From: Octopus vulgaris | Taxonomy: Eukaryota | Direction of reading: 5' to 3' | Assembly (NCBI GenBank): GCA_951406725.2 | Contig: OX597839.1 | Span: 13,764,001-13,828,000 of the forward strand | DNA: 64,000 nt | Shown: in pieces, positions 14,546 to 28,465 of the stretch | Position numbering within the stretch: the first letter of the stretch is position 1 | Layout of the letters: the number at the start of each line of letters is the position of its first letter | The notes under the pieces: generated by a model | Database searches by the model: none | What the model was told of the DNA's origin: nothing | The model's input: the letters and a program-made list of their open reading frames with translations, nothing else | Program-made: the position numbers and the translations under genes

Positions 14546-15160
14546 ACGGCGAGCTGGCAGAAATGTTAGCGCGCCGGGCGAAATGCGAATCGGTATTTCG
14601 TCTGCCGTTACGTTCTGAGTTCAAATTCCGCCGAGGGCGACTTTGCCTTTCATCTTTTCGGGGTCGATAAATTAAGTAACCGTTATGCACTGGGGTCGAT
14701 GTAATCGACTTAATCCCTTTGTCTGTCCTTGTTTGTCCCATCAGTGTTTAGCTCCTTGTGGGTAGTAAAGAAATAGGTATTTCGTCTGCCGTTACGTTCT
14801 AATTTCAAATACCGCCGAGGGCGACTTTGCCTTTCATCCCTTCGGGGTCGATAAATTAAGTACCAGTCATGCACTGGGGTCGATGTAATCGACTTAATCT
14901 CTTTGTCTGTCCTTGTTTTTCCCCTCTATGTTTAGCCCCTTGTGGGTAATAAAGAAATAAGAAACGTTAGCACGCTGGGAAAAATTCTTATCGGAATTTT
15001 GTCCGTATTTACATTCTGAGTTCAAATTTCGCCAAGGCAGACTTTAACCCTCATCCATTTGGGTTCGATAAAATAAATATCAGTTGAACACTGGGATCAA
15101 TGAAATCGGCTTATTCCCTCCCTCGAAATTAATGGACTTGTACCAAAGTTTGAAATCAAT
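14546..15160 (+). mobile_element. Three head-to-tail units of SINE family C
   Basis: Head ggcgagctggcagaa..gagttcaaattccgcc (Pol III A/B boxes); core gcctttcatcc..ggggtcgataaattaagtaccag; units start near 14546, 14776 and 14961. Confidence 0.85.
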
Positions 15161-15199
15161 ATTATAGACCAGATGTTATAAAATTTCAAGCGCCATAAG

Positions 15200-15790
15200 T
15201 AACTTAACATATGCCGTGCTTTTTCTTTCATCCGTATGCTAGTTGGATGTATGGATTAATTACTTTGCTCTTGAAGCTGCCACCCCCGCATTTCCTTGTT
15301 TGGTTTATGGGTTGTGCGACACCTGGGACTGACACTAATCTACTAACTTAATAGATTACTGATTCAGCAGTGCATTCATTTTCCAAGTGGAATAACTTTA
15401 TTTTGCCAGCTGCAGTTATCGCAGCTGCTACTTGGTTTCACAGAATTACTCAAATAACTGCCCACGGAATCTGTTTCTAAGCTCTTAAGCGTATTAAGTG
15501 AACTAGGGATAGCATTAGCTGGCTTATGATGCTTACTACTGGTGATGATGTTCGCTATTACGAATAATGCTCGCCGTATTATTCATGCAACTGTAGCTAA
15601 CATTTACGTTTTGCGGATTGAATCGTTTAGAATAATTACATCATATCGTAAAATGTTTCCGAATCAGATCTTGGATGTTCTTGGAAATGCTGACATTGAC
15701 CATTTATGAAAACTTGAATAAGGTTGCCTTACGATCAAGAATTTTGTGATTTTTCGATTCATTAGCTGAGTTTATATTAGCGGGTAAACT
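15200..15790 (-). pseudogene. Degenerate Penelope-like element ORF (RT C-terminus to GIY-YIG)
   Basis: Minus-strand reading gives RFNPQNVNVSYSCMNN and an ENECTAESVIY motif, typical of the PLE linker and GIY-YIG start. Confidence 0.6.
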
Positions 15791-16150
15791 TCCTTTTACT
15801 CTCCAGAGGTATGTTGTCGTGGTTTGAAGAGGTGTTGAAAACCCTTCCACCAATATTGCTGACATGGTTCTTTAACACATAAGCAAGTGGATATGAATGA
15901 AGTGTTTGTTTTGTTTTTTGTATGGTTTGTACACGCGTGTATATATATATATATATATATATATACTACAAAATTAGAAAATGGAGAAACATACTTAAAT
16001 CAATAAAACATCAACTATCAGATGATACCCAATCAATACTTTATTACACCATTACATATCAGTAAAGGCATTATACAAAATATACAGTAAATGTAAATAG
16101 ACAAGGAGATATAAGTATAAAATTTCAAATATAATATGTAATTAAATCAT

Positions 16151-16262
16151 ATCTGACAGCTGTTTCGGCAGCAAGGGCAGTCATACCTCATTTAACCTAT
16201 AAGCCATAAAGGCAGGTATAAATGAGGCATTAACAAGGATGCCCCACGGCCTCTTCAGAGAA
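16151..16262 (-). ncRNA. Type-I hammerhead ribozyme with long stem II
   Basis: Minus strand: tct-CTGAAGA-ggc...(~90-nt hairpin)...gcc-GAAA-cagctg-TC^aga; palindromic stem III ACAGCTGT. Confidence 0.8.
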
Positions 16263-16334
16263 TTAAATTTGTTATCCCATGGTGGGTTGAATTTTCAACC
16301 CCTATCTCATTTTATATATATATATATATATATT

Positions 16335-17158
<824 letters not shown>

Positions 17159-17440
17159 TATATATATATGTATATGGTAATGCTGAGTAAAAAAAAGATA
17201 CGAAAGAGACATTTATTTAATTTTCTTTCAAACTAATAAATATATACGTATGTTTTTGAAAATTTGCGTTCAATTTGATAAAATTTGGAGTTTTAATTCT
17301 TGTTTGACAACCATATTTCCTGGTATTAGCCCAGAGTGGCAAAAGTTTGCTTGCAAAGTTATCGGTCATTTGACGGGTAACTAACTCTCAGGTTTATTTA
17401 TGTGTGTGTGTGAGCATATATATATATATATATATATATA

Positions 17441-17858
17441 CACTCTTTTTACTCTTTTTACTCTTTTACTCTTTTACTTGTTTCAGTCATTTGACTGCGG
17501 CCATGCTGGAGCACCGCCTTTAGTCGAGCAAATCGACCCCGGGTCTTATTTGTAAGCCTAGTACTTATTCTATCGGTCTCTTTTGCCGAACCGCTAAGTT
17601 ACGGGGACGTAAATACACCAGCATCGGTTGTCAAGCGATGTTGATGGGGACAAACACAGACACACAAACACACACACACACACGCACACATATACATATA
17701 TACGACGGGCTTCTTTCAGTTTCCGTCTACCAAATCTACTCACAAGGCCTTGGTCAGCCCGAGGCTATAGTAGAAGACACTTGCCCAAGGTGCCACGCAG
17801 TGGGACTGAACCCTGAACCAAGTGGTTGGTAAGCAAGCTACTTACCACACCCACTCCT
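17441..17858 (-). mobile_element. SINE family A
   Basis: Full body with (gagtaaaa)n tail and tRNA-like head. Confidence 0.9.
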
Positions 17859-18398
17859 ATATATATATATATATATATATAATTAATCAATATAGGGTGG
17901 CAAAAAAAATTTTGTAGAATTTTTTTGCCACCAGCGGCCTAGTTTTTTAAATTTTCTCCTGGTTTACGGAATTAATTTTTATTTGCGGTTGAAGCTTTGG
18001 CTGTTATTTCTAGTGGGTGAATGGCCTATTATGGCCGTTCCTTGATTGTTGATATATATATATATATATATAGTAATAATAATAGAAATACACCATGGAT
18101 GGAATTTATGAATATTTCAATGCATCGCTATGCGCGTTTCTACGAATCACAAACTTTTTGGCCACCATAATCCATATACTTCGGATGAATGCAGTCCAAT
18201 GTGTAATATATCTATGGACATCAGGTGGATCTTTGTTCATGCACTCATTTCTGCAGACGATATGGTATTAAAGTTGGGGGTAACGGTACGATTCCATAAA
18301 ACTGCTGTCGTAGGTTCAAATCACTAGTTCGTAGCCGACATAATAAAATAGCTTTTATATGCGTACTTAAAAACGTTTACCGTAAACGAAATGAATAA

Positions 18399-18516
<118 letters not shown>

Positions 18517-18774
18517 CGATAGACAGATAGATACTGTTTACCTTTTAGACGTTTCAGGCATTTGACTGTAGCCATGCTGGAGCACCGCCTTTAGTGGAAC
18601 AAATCGGTCCCAAGACTTATTCTTTGTAAGGCTTAGTACTTATTCAATCGGTGTATTTTGCCGAACCGCTTAGTTTCGGATACATAAACACACCATATAT
18701 ATATATATATATACACACTGCGTGCATCTTTCAGTTTCCGTCTTCCCTTTGTCTGTCCTTGTTTGTGCCCAGGG

Positions 18775-18813
<39 letters not shown>

Positions 18814-18855
18814 TATATATATATATGTACATGTATATATATACACGTATATAAG

Positions 18856-18954
<99 letters not shown>

Positions 18955-19469
18955 GCATGCATCAAGTTCTACTTCCTCAAGAGCAAACTGGGAACGTAAA
19001 GTCAGGAGAGAAAACGATCGACACCGTTTCTCTTCTTGCCAAACTAAAATGAGAATCTGCTCAAGACATCCCGCCTTTTACATTTCTCTGTTTTAACCAT
19101 CCCTGGTGTCACTGACAGTCCGGATATATTTTATACGCCCTGCCATTTCTGTTTCGGTGTTCGTGCTATCTCTCCGTGTCACCATCACCCCCGGATGTAT
19201 TTTAGACAGCGAAAATAATTACATTTCGGTGACTTGACTATTTTTAGTGTCACCGGCTGAGGCTGAGCGGAAGTAGCGTTAGTCAGAATTTTTGATTTCG
19301 GGAATGGAAAATTTTTCATGGGACTTTAAGGAATAGAATCTGCTTTGTGCGCGCGCGCGCGTGTGTATTGGTGGTGGGGTGTTGACAAACTACGAATTTT
19401 AAAGTGTTTGATCTTGGATCGTTGGTGCAAAATGCACGGAGGGACGAGATATCTTGGCATTTATGCAGG

Positions 19470-19533
<64 letters not shown>

Positions 19534-19535
19534 TA

Positions 19536-19940
19536 TCTCTTTTACTCTTTTACTTGTTTCAGTCATTTGACTGCGGCCATGCTGGAGCACCACCTTTAAT
19601 CGAGAAACTCGACCCTGGGACTTATTCTTTTGTAAGCCCAGTACTTATTCTATCGGTCTCTTTTGCCGAACCGCTAAGTAACGGGGACATAAACATACCA
19701 GCATCGGTTGTCAAGCAATGCTAGAGGGACAAACACAGACACACAAACACACACACGCATATATATATACATATATACGACGGGCTTCTTTCAGTTTTCG
19801 TCCACCAAATCCACTCACAAGGCTTTGGTCGGCCCGAGGCTATAGTGGAAGACACTTGCCCAAGGTGCCACGCAGTGGGACTTAACCCGGAACCATGTAG
19901 TTGGTAAACAAGCTACTTACCACACAGCCACTCCTTCGCC
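19536..19940 (-). mobile_element. SINE family A
   Basis: Full-length match to other copies. Confidence 0.9.
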
Positions 19941-20007
<67 letters not shown>

Positions 20008-20549
20008 ATGTACAAATTTAGATATGCGTGAATATATATATATATATATTTACACACACACATACATATATGTATATATACGACGGGCTACTTTCAGTTT
20101 ACGTCTACCAAATTCACACACAAGATTTTGGTCGGCCTGAGGCTACACTTTCGTACTTATACTTTTATTTGTTTCAGTCATCTGACTGCGGCATGCTGGA
20201 GCACCACCTTTTTAGTCGAAGACATTTAGTAGAAGACATTTGCTTAAGGTGCCACTCTTGGAACTGAGCCTGGAAACTGCTTATCACACACACGCAAACA
20301 CACACACGCACACATATTGTAATGCTTATGAACAGGTGATAACAGAGAAACTGTTTAAGATTTTGGCGCGAGGCCAACAGATGCAGAGGAAATAATCGAT
20401 TGCGCGCACACGTACACGCATATGTTGCTTTTTTGCCAAGTCGTAAATGACAACAGATAATTATTAAGCTGAAGGCGGCGAGCTGGCAGAAACGTTAGCC
20501 CGTCGGGCGAAATGCTTAGTGGTATTTCGTCTGCCGTTACGTTCTGCGA

Positions 20550-21218
20550 AACACCAATGATCTTTTTCTTGACGAAAGTGGATCCTTTATGATAACCGTA
20601 AACAATCAGGTCAATGGCTTGATTGTGTTGAGTCCCCTGAACGTTTCCCAAAGCTAAAGTTGCATCAGCAAAAGATTATGTTGACTGTCTGGTTGCCTGC
20701 AATTTGTGTTGTCCATTACAGCTTTCTTGAAGCCAATCAGAGCATTGCAGCAGAGGTTTACTGCAATCATCTCACTGAAATGCATGCTCACTTGCAAAAA
20801 ATGAGACCTGCATTGGTGAATCGGCATGGCTCAATTCTACTCCACGATAATGCTAATACACATGTTGCAAAAATGATGCTGCAGAAACTCACAGACTTGG
20901 GATACGAGAATTTACCACATCCTCCATATTCTCCTGACCTTTCACCTCCTGATTACCATTTTTTAAAAGCTTTTAAACACGCTTTTAAGTGATAAAACTT
21001 TCAGGTCCAAACCACAGGTGGAATCAGCTTTCAAAGATTTCTTAGCATCAAAGCCAATAAGTTTTTATCAACGAGGCACAATTAATCTCGTTGATCGATG
21101 GCAGAGATGCAGAGATGTTCACGGCTCATACTTTGACTAATCAAAACATTTCTATTGTTAATTTTTCCAGAATAAAATTGTTTCTGAAATCGGCCATTAT
21201 TGTCGGAACAATCTAATA
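20550..21218 (+). mobile_element. Mariner transposase remnant (second family) with 3' TIR
   Basis: KIMLTVW..ILLHDNA..LPHPPYSPDLSPPDYHF catalytic-domain motifs in ORF 20660-20992; ends ...cggaacaatctaata. Confidence 0.9.
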
Positions 21219-21580
21219 TGTGTGTGTGTGTGTGTATCTTTGTGTCTGTGTTTGTCCCCCATCACCACTTGACAACCGGTGTTGGTGTGTTAACTTCCCC
21301 GTAACAGCGGTTCAACAAAAGAGAATGACAGAATAAATACTAGGACTTAAAAACAAGTCCTGGCGTCGATTTGTTCGACTTAAACCCCTCAATGCGGTGC
21401 TCCAGTATGACCGCAGTCAGATGACTGAAACAAGTAAAAGAATAAAGGATAAAAGAACACAAGGGACAGGTTAACAGTGACTTCGACGTGTCGGATTGCT
21501 GGGCCTACAGCAGACAGTCCGGTGAAGGTAGGTACGCCGAAACTGCCACTGTCAACGTTTTACTTGTACGGACGACTAAT

Positions 21581-21635
<55 letters not shown>

Positions 21636-21869
21636 TTATGTTTCTTTATTACCCACAAGGGCCCAAACAGAGAGGGGACAAACAAGGACAGACAAACGGA
21701 TTAAGTCGATTACATCGACCCCAGTGCATAACGGATACTTAATTTATCGACTCCGAAAGGATGAAAGGCAAAGTCGATTTTGGCGGAATTTGAACTCAGA
21801 ACGTAACGGCAGACGAAATACGACTACGCATTTCGCCCGGCGTGCTAACGATTCTGCTAGCTCACCGCC
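21636..21869 (-). mobile_element. Full-length SINE family C fused downstream of U6
   Basis: Reverse complement of the family C head, core and tail. Confidence 0.9.
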
Positions 21870-21874
21870 CTGTT

Positions 21875-22088
<214 letters not shown>

Positions 22089-22529
22089 GGCGCAGGAGTG
22101 GCTGTGTGGTATGTAGCTTGCTTACCAACCACATGGTAACAAATTAAATTAGCCAAATTTGATTTAATTCAACTAAATTAATTCGGTTAATTACCACAAT
22201 TAAGAATATCTCCAATTAAGGATGCTCAAAGAATTTTACTATATTTAAAAACAAAACGAGAACATAGAAGCAAGCAGAATACAGTGTACCATTATAGTAA
22301 AAAATATATAGACAGTTATAGAAATAGATAGTTATAAAAAATATATATAGTTAGTCATAATATAAATAATGATTATGCAGACATACCCATGCAAAATAAG
22401 AAAAACAGTGAAGGTGTGTTAAAAAACAACAGATTGTTAATTAAATTATGGAAGTACACCCATTATTTCTATAACTGTATCGCTTAAGCTCAGTAATGAA
22501 CGCGTTAAATCTAAATTTAATTTACCTAC

Positions 22530-22875
22530 CTGCTGTCTTTATGTTCTGAGTTCAAATTTCGCAGAGGTCGACTTTGCCTTTCATCCTTTTCGGGGTCGAT
22601 TAAATAAGTACCAGTTATGCACTGGGGTCGATATAATCGACTTAATCCGTTTGTCTGTCCTTGTTTGTCCTCTCTGTGTTTAGCCCCTTGTGGGTAGTAA
22701 AGAAATAGGTATTTCGTCTGTCTTTTCGTTCTGAGTTTATATTTCGCCGAGGTGGACTTTGCCTTTCATCCTCTCGGAGTCGACGAATTAAGTACCAGTT
22801 ACACAGTGGAGTCGATCTAATCGACTGGTCCACCTCCACCATAAATTTCGGCCCTTGTACCTAGAGTAGAAAAGA
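22530..22875 (+). mobile_element. Two head-to-tail SINE family C units
   Basis: Young-tail unit joined at gaaatag|gtatttcgtc to an older-tail unit. Confidence 0.8.
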
Positions 22876-23057
22876 ATTTACCTTTCTTAAATCCGATTGA
22901 AAATGTTACGAAAATGAACGAAAGGAGTTAATATCAAACAAATTCAACGAAAAGAGCAAGAACACGGCAATTCATTTTATAGATAACTATATTTGGTCAT
23001 ATATGTTCTTCAGAGAAGAAAGAAATCATTAATTGATACAGATTACATAAATATCTC

Positions 23058-23472
23058 GGGTCTTTTCGGTTTGATCGGCAGTTTTTTAAAATAATTTCCA
23101 CGTAACTAAAAAATTTTAAACTTCGTTTACTGGTAGAATGTGTTTATAAAACATCTTTTTCTCTTGGCTTTATTGAGAAAATTCTATAGTTTGTAAGATA
23201 TTTGTTGTTGTTTTTCTTCAATTTCTGCAATTTCAACCAATCAATGACGTCTATTGAGGTGAAAAATTCTGTGCCGTATAAATATGTCCCTCGTTTAAGA
23301 AACAGATTGGGTTTATTTACATTTGTGAAGAAAAAAAAGATACCTTTCCCCCCACCCCAAACCCTAACCCTAAAACATTGAAATGCAATAGATCGATACT
23401 AGGGTCATAATTATGGGTGACAATTTCATATGACACCGCTAGAAAAAACTGCCGTTCAAACCGAAAAGATCC
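23058..23472. mobile_element. MITE family M1
   Basis: TIRs as above; exact 8-bp TSD aatatctc. Confidence 0.92.
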
Positions 23473-23570
23473 AATATCTCTTCTTCAAAAAACTTTACGT
23501 AGATTTTATAAAATTTCTCAGAAAAATTTTATTGTTTTATATCGCAGTTTATTATCTATTTTTATATTGT

Positions 23571-23612
<42 letters not shown>

Positions 23613-23945
23613 GTCGCTACAAATCTAAACTTGGTCGGGAAACCCTATATATATATATATATAAAATTCTAAAACATGCGAAAGAATTTGTAGAATTACT
23701 CAATTACTCGCTGAAAAATATCTTCTTATGCATTTTGGAAACAAACCAAAAGAGAAGAATGGCTATTGGAGCAAAATAGAAAGCTATTGAGGGTGAATTC
23801 TTTGTACATTTTAGAATGGCTCTAATTTACACACATACACACACACACTATGTATGTGGATATACACATACACGCGCACGCACGCACCACACGCACGTGC
23901 ACACACACAAACACGCGCGCGCGCACACACACTCACACATGTATA

Positions 23946-24014
<69 letters not shown>

Positions 24015-24774
24015 ATTGTTGAGCAGTAATTTATTGGTTATGACGTACGACTGGTCAGAATGTTACCGTCGGTTTCGCAGCGTCTATTGCACTTGGTAAT
24101 ATTGGTGATTCTTCAGATAGGCTGACCGAGTGACTGCGCGCACGCACACACACACACACACACACACACTGATTTTAGAAAAGGAATTCTCTCAGTTCGT
24201 CCTTATATTTAGAACGACGAAACAGAGAACGGCGCATTTAGCAGAATACTTCCTTCGATAAACACACGGATGTTATTCTCTTACATCTAGGAATTAGTAC
24301 CATCGTACAGTATACCAAGAATTCACCCTCGAGAGCTTTCTATTTGGCTCCAACAGCCATTCTTCCTTTCTGGTTTGTTTCCAAAATACATAGAAAAATA
24401 TTTTTCAGCGAGTAATTCTACTAGTTCTTTCGTATGCTTTTAGAATTCTTTGACTGTTGTTCCGGCTTTTGGTAAACTAGATGCAGCTAGTCTTTTCTTA
24501 GACAACAACCGTTTAAATCATTTTTTCTTTTCCTGGATTATATCGATTTCACTGTCTGTTAGAAACAGAAGGATAGACAAAGTAATTCTTTCTACTATAG
24601 GCACAAGGCCTGAAATTTGGGGGTTGGCAACTATTCGATTACACCGGCTCCAGTATCTGACTGGATCTCTATTTTTCTCTTCTCTTCTATCCTTTCCGTA
24701 GAAGAGCATATGCTCGAAATATTAAAGACTTCTCATTTTTGCAAGCACTAACCTAATACACATTGTTGATATTT

Positions 24775-24962
24775 TACCTGTTTCTGTCATTAGACTGCGG
24801 CTGTGCTGGAGCACCGCCTTCAAGAATTTTTGGTTGAATAAAGCGACCCAAATACTTATATTTTGTTAAGCCTGATACTTATTCTATCGGTACCTTTTGT
24901 CGAAACGTTAAGTTACTGGACGTAAACACACCACCATCGGTTGTCAAGCGATGTTGGGGTGA

Positions 24963-25046
<84 letters not shown>

Positions 25047-25210
25047 CACGATGAGCTTCTTTCAGTTTCCGTCTACCAAATCCACTCACAAGGCTTTGGT
25101 CGGCCCGATGCTATAGTAGAAGACACTTGCCCAAGGTGCCACGCAGTAGGAGTGAACCCGGAGCCATGTGGTTGGTAAGCAAGCTACTTACCACACAGCC
25201 ACTCCTACGA
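24775..25210 (-). mobile_element. SINE family A
   Basis: Head, internal microsatellite and tail all present. Confidence 0.85.
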
Positions 25211-25591
25211 CTAATGAAATTTTATGACTAATGTTTATGGATATTTCTGCATATCTTTCGTCATGCTACTTATTTCTTCAAGTGGTTGAATAATCGACGA
25301 TATGGAACCTTGGTTCACGATTCAGCAAGCTTTAGGTTCTAATAAAATATGTACCCTTTAATTTATGCATCGGGTACTCTTGACTTCATGTTTAAAAAGC
25401 GAAGCACGTTAAGTATCTAATTGAAAATTAGATGGATAACATCTGTATTCGTTATTTTTCTCAAGTTATACCGCGCTGACGATTCGAAAGCAGAAAGAAT
25501 AACATTATACATGGCTGCTAACGACTAAAAACTTTAAGAATTGCCTTTATCTCAGAAAAAGAAATCTTAAGTATATATATACTCTGTACGT

Positions 25592-25910
25592 GGAGGCGCA
25601 ATGGGCCAGTGGTTAGGGAAGCGGACTCGCGGTCGGAGGATGGCGGTTTCGATTCCCAGACCGGGCGTTGTGTGTTTATTGAGCGAAAACACCTAAAGCT
25701 CCACGAGTCTCCAGCAGGGGCTGGTGGCGACCCCTGTTGTACTCTTTCGCCCCAAGTTTCTCTCACTCTCTTTTTCTGTTTCTTGGGTAACGCTGCGATG
25801 GACTGGCATCCCGTCCAGCTGGGGGGGGGGGGGGCATACGCCATATAAACCGGGAAACCGGGCCCATGAGCCTGGCTAGGCTTGAAAAGGGCGCATAAAT
25901 AAATAAAAAT
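25592..25910 (+). mobile_element. SINE family B head with tail type 2
   Basis: Same tRNA head as 16881; 3' half ctgcgatggactggcatcccgtccag...; flanking duplication actctgtac. Confidence 0.85.
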
Positions 25911-26045
25911 AGACTCTGTACACCTTCTCTACACTTAGATGTAAATTTCAGACTTTCAAATCTGCTTCAACTCAATGTAATCTAGAAGAGATTGTCTCCG
26001 ATGCGATAGTTAACCACAAGGGATACACCAGAAAAATGTGGATGC

Positions 26046-26185
26046 ACGAGGGCTTGCTGAAAAGGTCCTGGCTTTGGGTAAAAGAAAATATAGGCGGATC
26101 AGTTGAATATGATTTTGCTCAACATATTTCCCTCTCAGATTCATACACTTATTGCAGCGGTCCTTCAGTTTTTTAAAGACCTGTA
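26046..26185 (-). mobile_element. Mariner 3' end fragment
   Basis: KDRCNKCMNLRGKYVEQ C-terminal motif and TIR-like cgagggcttgctgaaaag. Confidence 0.6.
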
Positions 26186-26611
26186 AAAGAACTAAGAAAT
26201 TTAGACCTCCAGCCAAGCCTTTCGTGGTACCCTTAAAGCTTGAAGCACCCCTGGTAATTTTCAGGAAACGAGGTTCGGCTTCTAATGTCGTAAATTCCAC
26301 GACAAACATCGAGAAAACTTTAAATGTTGGTTTTCTCAGCAAAGTCTAAAGAGTAAGTTTAAAAATAGAAAAAAACAACTAATCCTCTAACAAATGTTAT
26401 GAAAGAATGGAAAGGTTTAATAAATGAAAAAAAAACCCCACCAAACACATTAAGGTTTTCTTCAGAGAAATCAAAAAAATGTTCAAAACTGATATCTACA
26501 CATTCCACAAACACCTTTCATTCAATATTGCCAATATCGACAAGAAGAAAAAAAAACTATATCACAGGAGAGGTTGTGTGGTAAGGAGCATTTCGCCTGG
26601 CCTACTAAGGT

Positions 26612-26846
26612 TTCTTATTTCTTTACTACCCACAAGGGGCTAAACAAAGAGGGGACAAACAAGAACAGACAAAGGGATTAAGTCGATTACATCGACCCAG
26701 TGCGTAACTGGTACTTAATTTATCGACCCCGAAAGGATGAAAGGCAAAGTCGACCTCGGCAGAATTTGAACTCAGAACGTAACGGCAGACGAAATACGGC
26801 TACGCATTTCGCCCGGCGTGCTAACGTTTCTGCCAGCTCGCCGCCT
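26612..26846 (-). mobile_element. Full-length SINE family C
   Basis: Match to 63417-63648. Confidence 0.9.
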
Positions 26847-27025
26847 TAACCAGAGACTTATTCACCTTCCCAATCTCTCTGTTGACTGCTACGGTTCAGG
26901 GACTCCAAGATAGTCGGTCTCCTTCCCCGTATTTCAGTGCCAGTTTCTCGTACCATCCCGTGTACTTGAACTAGGTATTTTGGGCAACTAAACCGAATTA
27001 TCCTATATTGTGCGATATTTTAGGA

Positions 27026-27221
27026 CAGTGGTTTTCAACCAGGGTTCCGCCAGTACTGTCCAGGGGTTCCACAAGAAGTTACAAAACTGCCAAAATTGGC
27101 AGTAATTTTTAATTCTCCTGTGCAGACATGTGTGCATAAGACTATTAAATTATTGCACAGGGGTTCCTCGAGCCAGTGGAATGTTTCCTTGGGGTTCCGC
27201 TCCAGCAAAAAGTTTGAAAAG
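27026..27221. mobile_element. hAT (Charlie-like) MITE
   Basis: cagtggttttcaacc TIR; TSD ttttagga; inverted copy at 40992-41192. Confidence 0.85.
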
Positions 27222-27509
27222 TTTTAGGACAATCGATATTCCTTCATATTTAGACGCTAACTTATTTCTTACACACACATCTATACACACACACATACAT
27301 AAATGTCTACCTACGCATGCGTGTGTGCGTGCATTCACAACAAAGTATCAACGATATTAAAAATAAACCTAAGATATATAGATATATAATACTTAAACTA
27401 AAATTAATTCTCCATATATATATCATTTAAGAGCTAAACAATTTTTTTATCTGTCTGTCTGTCTGTCAATCTGTTTATCTATCTATCTATCTAACCATCT
27501 ATCTATCGC

Positions 27510-27552
<43 letters not shown>

Positions 27553-27587
27553 GTCTAACTAACCATATATCTATCTATCTAACCGTC

Positions 27588-27660
<73 letters not shown>

Positions 27661-27930
27661 CCTATCTATCTATCTGTCTATCTATCTATTTATCTATCTA
27701 TCTGTCTCTATCTTTCTATCTATCTGTCTGCCTATATGTCTGTCTGTCAATCCATCTTTTAACAATCCCTCTGTCTCTATATGTGTATTCATAAACACAC
27801 ATAAGTATGCGCGCGAACACACACACACATGTTTAAGTATGTGTGTGTGAGCGAAATTCTATATTTGTATTTGGAGATATATATCATAAATGTACATACA
27901 CACATGTGTATGTATAAACATATGCATACA

Positions 27931-27982
<52 letters not shown>

Positions 27983-28014
27983 CATATATATATGTATATA
28001 TATATATATATATA

Positions 28015-28054
<40 letters not shown>

Positions 28055-28076
28055 TATATATATATATACATACATA

Positions 28077-28110
<34 letters not shown>

Positions 28111-28321
28111 CAATGATAAATATCAAAGTGAGTTATATACAGTAGCGGTAACACATCGTGACGTATATTTGCCATCTCAATATGGCTACCCCTAAGGGTG
28201 GATGCTACTGTAGTTTTTAGCCCCAGGAGGACACACTCCTCCAGCTGGCCATAGACACACTTTCTGTGTCCTGTCAGTATTTGCAAAGGGAAGTCATCCT
28301 TCCCGTCTTCAACTTATGATA

Positions 28322-28366
28322 CACACGGACTCGAGTTTCGAGGTATTGACCTCTCGTCAGCGTGTG
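28322..28366 (-). ncRNA. Canonical minimal type-I hammerhead ribozyme
   Basis: Minus strand: cacacg-CTGACGA-gagg(tcaata)cctc-GAAA-ctcgag-TC^cgtgtg; 6-bp stem I, 4-bp stem II, palindromic stem III ACTCGAGT. Confidence 0.9.
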
Positions 28367-28431
<65 letters not shown>

Positions 28432-28465
28432 GCATATATATAATATATATATATATGTATACATA

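Noticed and set aside
18120-18340. GAAACGCG on the minus strand of a TA-flanked insert
   Set aside because: No CUGANGA at the base of the stem and no NUH site
24690-24730. gaagagcatatgctcgaaatatt hairpin, and CTGACGATTCGAAA at ~25475
   Set aside because: Incomplete cores and missing stems; too degenerate to call
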